A model generated the notes under the pieces. It saw only the letters and a list, made by a program, of their open reading frames with translations, did not search any database and was not told the DNA's origin. Shown in pieces: positions 28,241 through 36,538 of a stretch of DNA of 55,549 nt. This DNA comes from Planctomycetota bacterium. GTDB lineage: Bacteria; Planctomycetota; UBA8108; UBA1146. Position 1 is the first letter of the stretch. Each line of letters starts with the position of its first letter. Made by a program: the position numbers and the translations under genes. The stretch lies in the NCBI GenBank assembly GCA_036338595.1, contig JAYZBV010000019.1, positions 1 through 55,549 of the forward strand. Reading direction: 5' to 3'.

Positions 28241-28273
28241 GCATCGGGACAGTAAGCACCCGGACTGTGAGCA
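28229..28273 (+). repeat. 15-bp imperfect tandem repeat x3 spanning the serA stop
   Basis: CCCGGACTGTAAGCA TCGGGACAGTAAGCA CCCGGACTGTGAGCA. Confidence 0.8.
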
Positions 28274-28285
28274 ATAGTTCAAGAT

Positions 28286-28975
28286 CTAGTTCCCTGGAGG
28301 GACGTCCTCTTCGCCGGGTGCTCTGCTTTCGCTGGGCCATTTTCGTGCGGGCATCTGAAAGCCTTGCGACGGGTAGAGTTTCTCGAACCTGTTCAGCACT
28401 GCCATGGCATCTGCGGGTCTGCGCTGTCGGACGGCGATGACCTGTGCTGTGGTCCAGAGCACATGCGCATGAGCCTCTCCCTGTGGCAGGATCTCGTCGA
28501 GGATATGTGCGTGATAGAGCGCGCTGGAGTTCTCGTTCGCTGCCAGCGCAACTTCCATCGCCTTGAGTCTGAGTATCGGATTCAGCGGATCTTCACGCAT
28601 CTGCTTTTCAAGCCGCTGTAGTTTTCCGAGAAGTTTGCGGGTACTGCCCCAGCGAACCGACGAGCGCCAGCGCCAGAGCAGTGGGCTTTCATCCGGGACG
28701 GGTTCCTGCGCCTGCGAGGCGATACGCAATATCGCAGGAAGGTGGAACAGGAGCGCCGAGCCTGCCAGCACGATCAAGATCGGTAATGGGACTCTCAGGT
28801 AGAGCAAGATGGCGCATAGAAATGCGAACGAGCCGATCAGGATCGACAGTAGCAATCCGCGAGTGGTTCGCCGTCGACACAGGCCAGGATCGGCATCGAG
28901 TACCAGAAACAGCGCCATTCCGACCATGGAACACAGCAGAGCTGGAGTCAGTGCGAGACCGATCGAAGCGAGCAA
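28286..28975 (-). CDS. Hypothetical membrane protein (three TM helices + TPR-like C-terminus)
   Basis: Hydrophobic N-terminal half; helical C-terminus (EDPLNPILRLKA...DAMAVLNRFEKLYPS); TTG after GGAGG. Confidence 0.65.
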   Translation of the reverse strand: MLASIGLALTPALLCSMVGMALFLVLDADPGLCRRRTTRGLLLSILIGSFAFLCAILLYLRVPLPILIVLAGSALLFHLPAILRIASQAQEPVPDESPLLWRWRSSVRWGSTRKLLGKLQRLEKQMREDPLNPILRLKAMEVALAANENSSALYHAHILDEILPQGEAHAHVLWTTAQVIAVRQRRPADAMAVLNRFEKLYPSQGFQMPARKWPSESRAPGEEDVPPGN

Positions 28976-29095
28976 TGGACCTCCACGGGGCTGTTTCGCC
29001 GATCACCGCAGTACACGGATGGCGTGACAATAACGCCGTGGATCGAACAGATAGGTCGAACGGATGGATCGAACCGGTTCCCCAGGTCTTCGATT

Positions 29096-30589
29096 CTATC
29101 CAGGTTCTCCCACCTTGTCTGCTTCGGTGGAGAGTCGCTGTCGTTGGTCATGCAGGCGTGCTTCTTCGATACTGGAGAGCGTTTCAGCGCAGACATCCGC
29201 AGTTGGGTACTCGCCATCGAAGCACGCGGCACAGTAGTGGAGTTCTGAACCCGAGTTGGCGATCGCCAGCCGCAAGTCAGAAATCTCCTGATAAATAACG
29301 GCATCGGCTCCCAGTTTCTGGGCGATTTCCACTTCGCTTGTCTCGTTCGCAATCAACTCCGCCCTGGTGGACATATCAACACCATAGACGCATGGGTGGC
29401 TCACAGGTGGCGAGCAGGATGCGAAGTAGACTTTCTTTGCGCCGGCTGCCCGCGCCAGCTCGATGATCTGTTTCGATGTGTTTCCACGAACGATGCTGTC
29501 ATCGACAAGCAGCACATCTTTGCCCGTAAATTCGCTCTCGATCGCATTCAGCTTTCTCCGAACACTCGAGGTTCGCTCACCCTGGCCAGGCATGATGAAT
29601 GTGCGCCCGATGTATCGATTCTTGACCAGGCCTTCCCGGTACTCGATGCCCAGTTCCCTCGCCATGGTGCTGGCAGAAGTACAGGCACTATCTGGAACAG
29701 GGATCACGACATCCGCATGATATCCGCTCCTATTCCACTTCTTGGCCAGCTGGATGCCGAGGTTCCTGCGCGCCTCGTAAACGCTGACGTTGTCGATGAT
29801 GCTGTCGGGGCGTGCGAAGTAGACATGCTCGAAAATGCAAGGATTGTGACGGATCTTGAGGACCTCTCGACGCATGGGCTCTTCACCCGGTCGAAAGATC
29901 ACGGCCTCGCCTGGACCGATGTTCTCGATGTCGCTGTATCCAAGAATTTCGAGAGCGATGTTTTCAGAAGCACACGCCCAGCTCACGCTGCCATCATCCG
30001 CAGTTCGTTTTCCCATCAGTAGTGGTCGAATTCCGTGGGGATCCCTGAAGGCGACCATGCCAAGTTGTGCCACCAGGCTGATCACCGAGTAGGCACCCTT
30101 GACTCGATGTAAAACCTTTTCGATCGCCTCGAAGACAGACTCTGGATCGGGATCCACACCGCCAATGGCACCCAGCTCTGCTGCGAAGGTGGCCAGTATC
30201 AATTCGATATCGCAACTGGAATTCATGATGGTGCGTTTTTCGCGACGGAGCCAATCGGTCAGACCTTCTGCGTTGGTGACATTGCCGTTGTGCGCCATCG
30301 CGATGCCATATGGGTAGTGGACCTGGAACGGCTGGGCATCCTCGGTCGTGGATCCACCGAAGGTAGGGTATCGAACCTGACCGATACTCCAGCTGCCGGT
30401 CAGGCGATCCATGTTCTTTGCGCGAAAGATGTCCCGTACCAGTCCGTTGCCCTTCTTGAGATGGAAACGGTCGTCATAACTGACGATTCCCGCAGAGTCC
30501 TGTCCTCGATGCTGAAGACAGACGAGCGCCTCGTAGACTTCATGGCAGATGTTTGGATTTGATCCTATGGCACCGTAGAAGCCACACAT
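29096..30589 (-). CDS. purF: Amidophosphoribosyltransferase
   Basis: MCG start (catalytic Cys) after AAGGAG; LQHRGQDSAG, HNGN, CIFEHVYFARPDS, VDDSIVRGNTS. The ORF-track start at 31114 is over-extended. Confidence 0.96.
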   Translation of the reverse strand: MCGFYGAIGSNPNICHEVYEALVCLQHRGQDSAGIVSYDDRFHLKKGNGLVRDIFRAKNMDRLTGSWSIGQVRYPTFGGSTTEDAQPFQVHYPYGIAMAHNGNVTNAEGLTDWLRREKRTIMNSSCDIELILATFAAELGAIGGVDPDPESVFEAIEKVLHRVKGAYSVISLVAQLGMVAFRDPHGIRPLLMGKRTADDGSVSWACASENIALEILGYSDIENIGPGEAVIFRPGEEPMRREVLKIRHNPCIFEHVYFARPDSIIDNVSVYEARRNLGIQLAKKWNRSGYHADVVIPVPDSACTSASTMARELGIEYREGLVKNRYIGRTFIMPGQGERTSSVRRKLNAIESEFTGKDVLLVDDSIVRGNTSKQIIELARAAGAKKVYFASCSPPVSHPCVYGVDMSTRAELIANETSEVEIAQKLGADAVIYQEISDLRLAIANSGSELHYCAACFDGEYPTADVCAETLSSIEEARLHDQRQRLSTEADKVGEPG

Positions 30590-31092
30590 GACTACTCCTT
30601 TGGAGGCGGATGCGAGCGAGAAAGTCCAGGGTCCCCTGGATGGTTCGGAGCATATCTTCTCAACTGGTCGCTGACGAGGCACTGTGGCCAGTTGGCACGA
30701 AATCCGATCAGATGGCAGACTTCTTTGACCGGCGCAGAGGTCGTCGTGTCCCGGGGACCCTTCCCTGGCCGTGGAGAATCTGAAATCAGGCAGCCGGAGT
30801 GTCATTGTTTGGTGTGCTGGAAGAGGAAAAGGCCGGCTGTCTGACCTTTCTCCCCGTGAACCTGGCGAAACTGGGCCCCTGCCCTGATTCGCCCCATCTT
30901 GCCATCCCTGGCGGGTGACCGGGAAACCGTGGTGTGGTGATCCCCGGTCTCCCGCCTCCTTTCTAGCCATTTGGGCGTCTCCGGGAACTCGACCCAAGAC
31001 TGCTGCGTTTCGTAGCAGTAAGGGGAAATTGGCCCTATGATGGCCTCCAGCCCCCACGTCTGCTGAGTCCCCGCCAGAGAGGCTCGTGATCC

Positions 31093-31941
31093 TTGCTCGA
31101 CCAACCTTCCCCATTGCAGCCCAGATGCTCTCAGTGGGCGATCTGGAGACTCGAGACCTCCCGGCAATGGGCCGGCTCCGACGGCTTCCAGGAGGCGCTG
31201 GAGCGATTTCCAGCGGTGGATCTGTTGCCGAAGGTGCTCGATCAGCCCTGGGGCGAAGGATCGGGAGAGTTCGATACTTGCCAGTGGCCTCTCGACTCGA
31301 GGACGGTGCTCCAGGTTCGCTGGTTGAGTCACCTCCCCTCGAGCGATGGACCCTGCCTGCTGCTTCAGATCAGTGAAGGCACTGTAGCGAGCGAGCCGCT
31401 TCCATCTTCCGAACTGGTTCAGCAGCAGACACTGTCGAGCATCATCCCCAAGCTTCTCCATCAGTTAAAAAACCACCTCACGGTGATTCAAAATTCTTCT
31501 GCTGCTCTCGCAATTGCAAGGCGCAATGAAGACGAAGTGCGCATCGAGAAGTGTCAGAGCCTGGCACAGAAGGGGGTCACTCGAGCCGATGCTCTTCTGA
31601 CCACCGTCACTGTTCTGGCAGACTGGGATGTCGAGCAGATCATCGAACACTATCGTAGACGCTACGGTGCGGCTTCTGTCGAGATCGAGATGGAGGGGGA
31701 GGTTCCCGATGGGGATCTGTGGGTTGCGGCGATCGTCGTCTCCCTCGAACATTGCCGCCCCAATCTTCCACAGGAAACGACATTGAGAATCCGATGTGAA
31801 AAAACTGCTCTTCACTTCACGGTAGAGGGCCTGGATAAGATTGCAGTTCCGCCACTGCAATCTGGTTTCTTCGGAGCGATGCTCGAGTGTCGCGCCGAGG
31901 GAGTGGGATGGGTTGTGACCAACTCTGGAGGGAACCAATGA
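31093..31941 (+). CDS. Degenerate histidine kinase / ChpT-like histidine phosphotransfer protein
   Basis: H-box-like PKLLHQLKNHLTVIQ; the C-terminal region lacks N, G1 and G2 boxes; ATGA overlap with the downstream response regulator; start uncertain. Confidence 0.55.
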   Translation: MLDQPSPLQPRCSQWAIWRLETSRQWAGSDGFQEALERFPAVDLLPKVLDQPWGEGSGEFDTCQWPLDSRTVLQVRWLSHLPSSDGPCLLLQISEGTVASEPLPSSELVQQQTLSSIIPKLLHQLKNHLTVIQNSSAALAIARRNEDEVRIEKCQSLAQKGVTRADALLTTVTVLADWDVEQIIEHYRRRYGAASVEIEMEGEVPDGDLWVAAIVVSLEHCRPNLPQETTLRIRCEKTALHFTVEGLDKIAVPPLQSGFFGAMLECRAEGVGWVVTNSGGNQ

Positions 31942-33503
31942 TGAGTGACAAGGCGGAGCATGAGGCGACGATTCTACTGGTCGATGATAATCAGTTACAA
32001 CTGGATACTCTCGCCCTGCGTCTCGAGCAGCACTACGAAGAAGAGGCACAGGACATCAAGGTAGAGATCGAGTCAGACGAGAGAAACGTGCTGGCGATCC
32101 TTCAGGAAAAAACGATCGATGTGGTCGTCAGCGATCTGGATATGCCCTTTATTCGTGGCGATGAACTGAATCAGATGGTCCAGAAGTTCGACGATAAGAT
32201 CCAGTTCATCATCCATTCCGGTGTCGGGGGACAGAAGGCCAGAAATCAACTCATCGACGAGAATGTCCGGGATATCATCGAGAAGGCCAAACCCGGATCA
32301 GACACCTTCAAGGATCTGGTCGAGGCGATCCGCAAGGCGCTCAAGGTCCGCCAGGAGCGGCTCGCTGTTTCGATGGTAAACAGTGCCGCGCGCAAGCAGC
32401 GCAACATCGTTCATGAAGATCCGAAGATGGAGAAGGTCTTCAGCATCGTCGACAAGGTCGCTGGCGCACCATCGCCTGTTCTGGTTCAGGGTGAGCCGGG
32501 TACAGGCAAGGAATTGATAGCCCACGAGATCCATCGAAAACGAAACGAGATGCTGCGTCTGAAGAACCCGAGTTTCAATGAGAAGGATTATCCCTACCTT
32601 GCCGTCAACTGCGGCGCTCTCTCTCGTACATTGCTGGAGAGCCAGCTCTTTGGCCACAAGAAGGGTGCCTTCACTGGATCGGTTGCGGATCAGGATGGCG
32701 TCTTCGTGGCTGCAAGGAAGGGCACCCTGTTTCTCGACGAGATCACAGAACTCGATCTCGATTTGCAGGTGAAATTACTCCGCGCACTGCAGGAGAAAGA
32801 AGTCACTCCACTCGGCTCCACGCAAGCCATCCCCGTTCATGCGCGAGTGGTGACAGCAACCAATGCACCGATCAAGCAACTCGTCGAGGAGCGAAAGTTT
32901 CGCGACGACCTGTACTACCGGATCAATGTCGTCAATATCGAGATTCCGCCGCTTCGTGAGCGAAAACGCGACGTCGAGGCGCTGGCTTCTCACTTCCTGC
33001 TCGAGATGGCAGATGCTTATAACTGCCCACCCAGAAGCCTCAGTCCTGGCGCTCTCGAGTTGCTGAAGAAGTATCGGTGGCCTGGCAATGTCAGAGAACT
33101 TCACAACGTCATCGAGCGGTCCTTTGCCCTGGGAGACGAGTACGACATCATCCCGAGAGACCTACCGGATGAAATCCAGGGCATCGGAACAGGCCACATC
33201 GGAACAGGCCACATTGATGCGGGGGATGCAAGGCGAGATACGGACCACGAGGCTGGACTCTCTCGTTTCCGTGAGGCGGCCCGAGAGGTGGGAGACTCCA
33301 TCGCGGCGGGGCAGCATCTCGCTGCTCAGCACGGTTCCTTCCCCACCTATGACGAGGTGGTCGCGGAGCACATTCGACGCGCCCTGCTCCACACCCAGGG
33401 GGTCAAGAGTCGGGCCGCTTCGCTCCTCTCCATCGATCGGAATCGGCTCTACAGATTGATGAGCAAGTACCGGATCCCTGCCGATGGAGTCTCCGCAGAC
33501 TGA
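31938..33503 (+). CDS. Sigma54-dependent enhancer-binding response regulator (NtrC family; REC-AAA+-HTH)
   Basis: LLVDD...VVSDLDMP (REC); GEPGTGKE, ESQLFGHKKGAFTGS, LFLDEI, FRDDLYYRIN, WPGNVREL; C-terminal Fis-type HTH KSRAASLLSIDRNRLYRLM. Confidence 0.95.
   Translation: MMSDKAEHEATILLVDDNQLQLDTLALRLEQHYEEEAQDIKVEIESDERNVLAILQEKTIDVVVSDLDMPFIRGDELNQMVQKFDDKIQFIIHSGVGGQKARNQLIDENVRDIIEKAKPGSDTFKDLVEAIRKALKVRQERLAVSMVNSAARKQRNIVHEDPKMEKVFSIVDKVAGAPSPVLVQGEPGTGKELIAHEIHRKRNEMLRLKNPSFNEKDYPYLAVNCGALSRTLLESQLFGHKKGAFTGSVADQDGVFVAARKGTLFLDEITELDLDLQVKLLRALQEKEVTPLGSTQAIPVHARVVTATNAPIKQLVEERKFRDDLYYRINVVNIEIPPLRERKRDVEALASHFLLEMADAYNCPPRSLSPGALELLKKYRWPGNVRELHNVIERSFALGDEYDIIPRDLPDEIQGIGTGHIGTGHIDAGDARRDTDHEAGLSRFREAAREVGDSIAAGQHLAAQHGSFPTYDEVVAEHIRRALLHTQGVKSRAASLLSIDRNRLYRLMSKYRIPADGVSAD
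33182..33214 (+). repeat. In-frame 15-bp duplication in the AAA-HTH linker
   Basis: CATCGGAACAGGCCA x2 + CAT, encoding IGTGH IGTGH. Confidence 0.85.
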
Positions 33504-33670
33504 TTCAAAATAAGGCTCCCCGCTTCATCTTGTAGCAAATTGACTAATCCTCCATCTCGTCAGCAGTTATGTCATTTCGCGTTCGCATGCGAGCATCGAC
33601 CGGATCTGGCCTGATTCATGTCTTTTTTCATAGACCATTACATCTGCAGGAGTTACGAAATTCCAGCAGA

Positions 33671-33688
33671 TTGGTATCGCTATTGCAT
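33671..33688 (+). promoter_or_regulatory. Sigma54 (-24/-12) promoter
   Basis: TTGGTATCGCTATTGCAT: GG(33673-74)-N10-GC(33685-86) with TGG.A and TTGCA flanks; ~170 bp downstream of an NtrC-family gene. Confidence 0.72.
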
Positions 33689-33697
33689 GAGGAAGGG

Positions 33698-33866
33698 GGA
33701 GTACGGATCGCATCGGCGGCCTACGAGGGCACCGTTTCGATCCGGAAGTGATCGTGACAACCGGGGGGGATGACCGTTGTGCCCCGGCATTTGTGGCGGG
33801 CTGAGCCCGGGACTCATGGCATCCCCCTTTTTGAAATCGGCCTCGATCATCGAGGCGTTGTTTTTG
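33698..33866 (+). ncRNA. Candidate sigma54-dependent small RNA with three stem-loops
   Basis: SL1 CGGATCG(33704-10)/CGATCCG(33738-44); SL2 GGGGGATG(33765-72)/CATCCCCC(33820-27) followed by T5; SL3 GCCTCGA(33840-46)/TCGAGGC(33850-56) followed by a T-rich tail; no credible ORF. Confidence 0.5.
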
Positions 33867-34046
33867 AGTTCTTTGTTTGAATCCGTGTTCTTTACCCCTC
33901 GGGTTTGTTGGGGCTTCGAAGCGGCTGGTCGTCGACATCGGGCGGGCTCGTTGACGCTGGTTTTTCGCTTTTGCCCCCTCGGGGACGGAAGACGCGAGGG
34001 GGAGAGGGGCGCACAAGCTGAGGTCTTTCAGATCTCGGTGGGCACC

Positions 34047-34086
34047 ATTCTCCCCCCTTTTTCAATTCTCCCCCCTTTTTCAATTC
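34047..34086. repeat. 18-bp perfect tandem duplication
   Basis: ATTCTCCCCCCTTTTTCA x2 + ATTC. Confidence 0.88.
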
Positions 34087-34416
34087 CTGGTCACACACAC
34101 CGGAACTCACACCTCTGAGATCTGCAGGACCCTGCTACTTCTCTCATCGAGAGTGTGCAGTTGCTGCCGGAAAATTGTACCGACTATTCCCCCTCCTCAA
34201 TTGAGCTCCGATTCCTCCAGTACCACGGCAACCTCCGTGCCCACCAATCGGGGATTCGCACTTAGATTCTCGCCCCCAAAGACTACAATCGAGAGTAGTT
34301 AGAGATGCGTGGATCGAGTCGGCTTCCCCCTGTCCGGCGCACGCAATCTCGGTTGCTCGCCACGGTTGAATCTGTCCCCTGGACCCCGTGACGCGTGAAA
34401 CCTGCGAGGTGACTCG

Positions 34417-35703
34417 ATGACCAAATCCATCTGCCAGCGCCTTGGAGTCGCGAACGCGATCCTCTGTGTGGTGTTTCTGTGCCGGATCGCATCGGCGCAG
34501 GTACCTCAACTGGAGATGAGCGATGTGGTGGTCTACCCGGGCCAGGCGGGAGTCGGCGTCGCGATCACTCTCTCCGCCAGTGAGTCCATCAGTGGTGTCC
34601 AGGTGGGTATCGCGGTCGATCCGGACCGGATTTTCCTTCAGGATCTGGATCTGACTGGCTCCGTACTTCAGGCGGTTGCCGTCGAATTCCTCGACACCAG
34701 CGTTGATCTCGAGGAAGGAGAAGCGACGCTGATCGCCATCTTCGACGATTCTGCTCCCTTCGATCAGGCGTTGCCGTCCCCTTCCGGCGCACTTCTCGGC
34801 ACCCTCGTCATCGATGCCTCCAGCTGGCTGGTGCCTTCGAATGTGGAGCCGATATCTTTCGCCGACGGAGTGGGAGAACCCGCCATCGACACTCTCGTGC
34901 TCGTCGATGGCAACGCAGTGATCTCCGATCTGATCGATGGTTCACTCTCTGTACTCTCTCAGAATGTTCTGATCGCCGCTTCCACGTCGGGGCAAGCCTC
35001 TGTCGGCGAGATCGACTTCGAGGTCAGCTTGCGTGGCTACAACGTCGAAGATCTGCAGGGATTTTCCGCTGCACTCGCCTTTGATCCGACCGTACTTCAG
35101 TGTGCTTCCGCCACCATCGATGGAACCATCACGCAGGTTGCAGGCGCTGAGTTTGTAGAGGAAGTCATCGACAATGACATTGGATTTGCGGTACTCGGAG
35201 TGCTGATGGACATCCTGCCGCCTTATGATGGCCAGGTGATTCCTGCCACTGGAATCGAGATGGAGTTCGCGAGGATCTACTTCGATGTCAGCGGTTCTCT
35301 GACCACCTCCCAGCAGACGCAACTGAGTTTCGAAAACGACCTGGGTGTCCCTCCGATCAGCAATGTGTTTGTCATTCAGAACCAGTCTGTTGCCCCGGTG
35401 ACCATCGACTTGACGATAGACATCGCTGTCGATGGAGTCTTTCTGCGGGGAGATGCCGACGGCAACCTGAGGCTCGATCTCGCCGATGCCATCAACAACC
35501 TGGTCTACATGACCAACACCTGCCCCGTATGCCCGGAACCTCTCTGCCCCAAGGCTCTGGATGTCAATGACGACGCACGAATCGACCTCAGCGACGCGAT
35601 TCATCTGCTCAGTTTCCTCTATATCGATGGCCCCGAGCCTGCTGCGCCCTACCCGGACCCGGGAGTCGACCCCACACCCGACCTGCTGGACTGCTTCAAC
35701 TAG
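34417..35703 (+). CDS. Secreted protein: two cohesin-like domains + C-terminal dockerin-like domain
   Basis: Signal peptide ending IASA|Q; two ~150-aa beta repeats (SGVQVGIAVDP, QGFSAALAFDP...PPYDGQVIP); FLRGDADGNLRLDLADAI...DVNDDARIDLSDAI...GVDPTPDLLDC. Confidence 0.75.
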   Translation: MTKSICQRLGVANAILCVVFLCRIASAQVPQLEMSDVVVYPGQAGVGVAITLSASESISGVQVGIAVDPDRIFLQDLDLTGSVLQAVAVEFLDTSVDLEEGEATLIAIFDDSAPFDQALPSPSGALLGTLVIDASSWLVPSNVEPISFADGVGEPAIDTLVLVDGNAVISDLIDGSLSVLSQNVLIAASTSGQASVGEIDFEVSLRGYNVEDLQGFSAALAFDPTVLQCASATIDGTITQVAGAEFVEEVIDNDIGFAVLGVLMDILPPYDGQVIPATGIEMEFARIYFDVSGSLTTSQQTQLSFENDLGVPPISNVFVIQNQSVAPVTIDLTIDIAVDGVFLRGDADGNLRLDLADAINNLVYMTNTCPVCPEPLCPKALDVNDDARIDLSDAIHLLSFLYIDGPEPAAPYPDPGVDPTPDLLDCFN

Positions 35704-35746
35704 CCGATTGGCCCGATTCGCGTGAGCGGGATATTCTTCTCGGGAC

Positions 35747-36505
35747 ATGAGTTTCCGGGGAGGAGCACATCTGTTGCCTAGTGATACAGATGAACAGGGT
35801 GCGCTCGATGTGCCAACCGATGCACCGAAACATGCCTTCATCCGGGTTCTCGCCGGAGCCCTCAGTGGTGGCGTATTCCAGATCGATTCCGAAGCTACTG
35901 TCATCGGATCTGCGGCCGATGTGAGTGTCAGCCTGCCCGATCCTCTCGCTAGAGATCGGCACGCAGGGATACGCTATCAGCAGGGCACCTGGCACGTCCA
36001 CGACCTCACTGGCGAGGGCCTCATGGTCAATGACATCCCCACTGTCACGCGCGCACTCTCTGGTGGCGAGATCCTCCTGATCGGAAGCACCGAGCTTCAG
36101 TTTTGCCTCGACGACCCGCGTCGAGGACCGGCGGACGCTGCTTCGATCGAGCCGCCGCCGCAGCAGGTCAAGAGCGAGTCCGCGGCGCTGCTGGAACTGG
36201 TCGTGGAGCAAGGGGACCAGCGCGATCGAGGTCTGAGGATCGACATCCTGAAGGATTCCGTGATCACCCTTGGGCGTGCGGCCGCGGCTGATCTCTCGCT
36301 TCACGATTGCCTGTCCAGTCGCCTCCATTGCCGCATCCAGTCCGACTCCAGGGGTGTCGAGATCACCGACCTCAAATCTCTCAACGGAACCCATGTCGAG
36401 GGCAGCCGGATCGATACGGCTGCACTGAGAGCGGGAGACCTGATCCTGATCGGCAAGACTGCGATCCGCTGCCTCAAGGCAACCGACGGACAGTCTCGAC
36501 TCTAG
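35747..36505 (+). CDS. Tandem FHA-domain protein
   Basis: FHA2 is canonical (LGR...SSRLHC...DLKSLNGT); FHA1 is degenerate (IGS...ARDRHA); the start may be TTG 35774 after GGAGGAG. Confidence 0.82.
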   Translation: MSFRGGAHLLPSDTDEQGALDVPTDAPKHAFIRVLAGALSGGVFQIDSEATVIGSAADVSVSLPDPLARDRHAGIRYQQGTWHVHDLTGEGLMVNDIPTVTRALSGGEILLIGSTELQFCLDDPRRGPADAASIEPPPQQVKSESAALLELVVEQGDQRDRGLRIDILKDSVITLGRAAAADLSLHDCLSSRLHCRIQSDSRGVEITDLKSLNGTHVEGSRIDTAALRAGDLILIGKTAIRCLKATDGQSRL

Positions 36506-36538
36506 TTTCGAGGAGCAGGAGAAGCACCGATCTGCTCC

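Noticed and set aside
28229..28273. Short repeats (also at 12736 and 34047) as mini-CRISPR arrays
   Set aside because: Directly tandem with no spacers, units too short, and no cas genes
30692..30708. TTGGCACG as a sigma54 promoter
   Set aside because: Good -24 element, but the -12 position reads CCGA instead of TTGC
33606..33622. Second sigma54-like element CTGGCCTGATTCATGTC
   Set aside because: The -12 dinucleotide is GT, not GC
33567..34118. ORFs within the NtrC-downstream gap (33567-34016, 33777-34118, 33892-34110)
   Set aside because: Mutually overlapping, atypical composition, some run through the tandem repeat, and no recognisable domains
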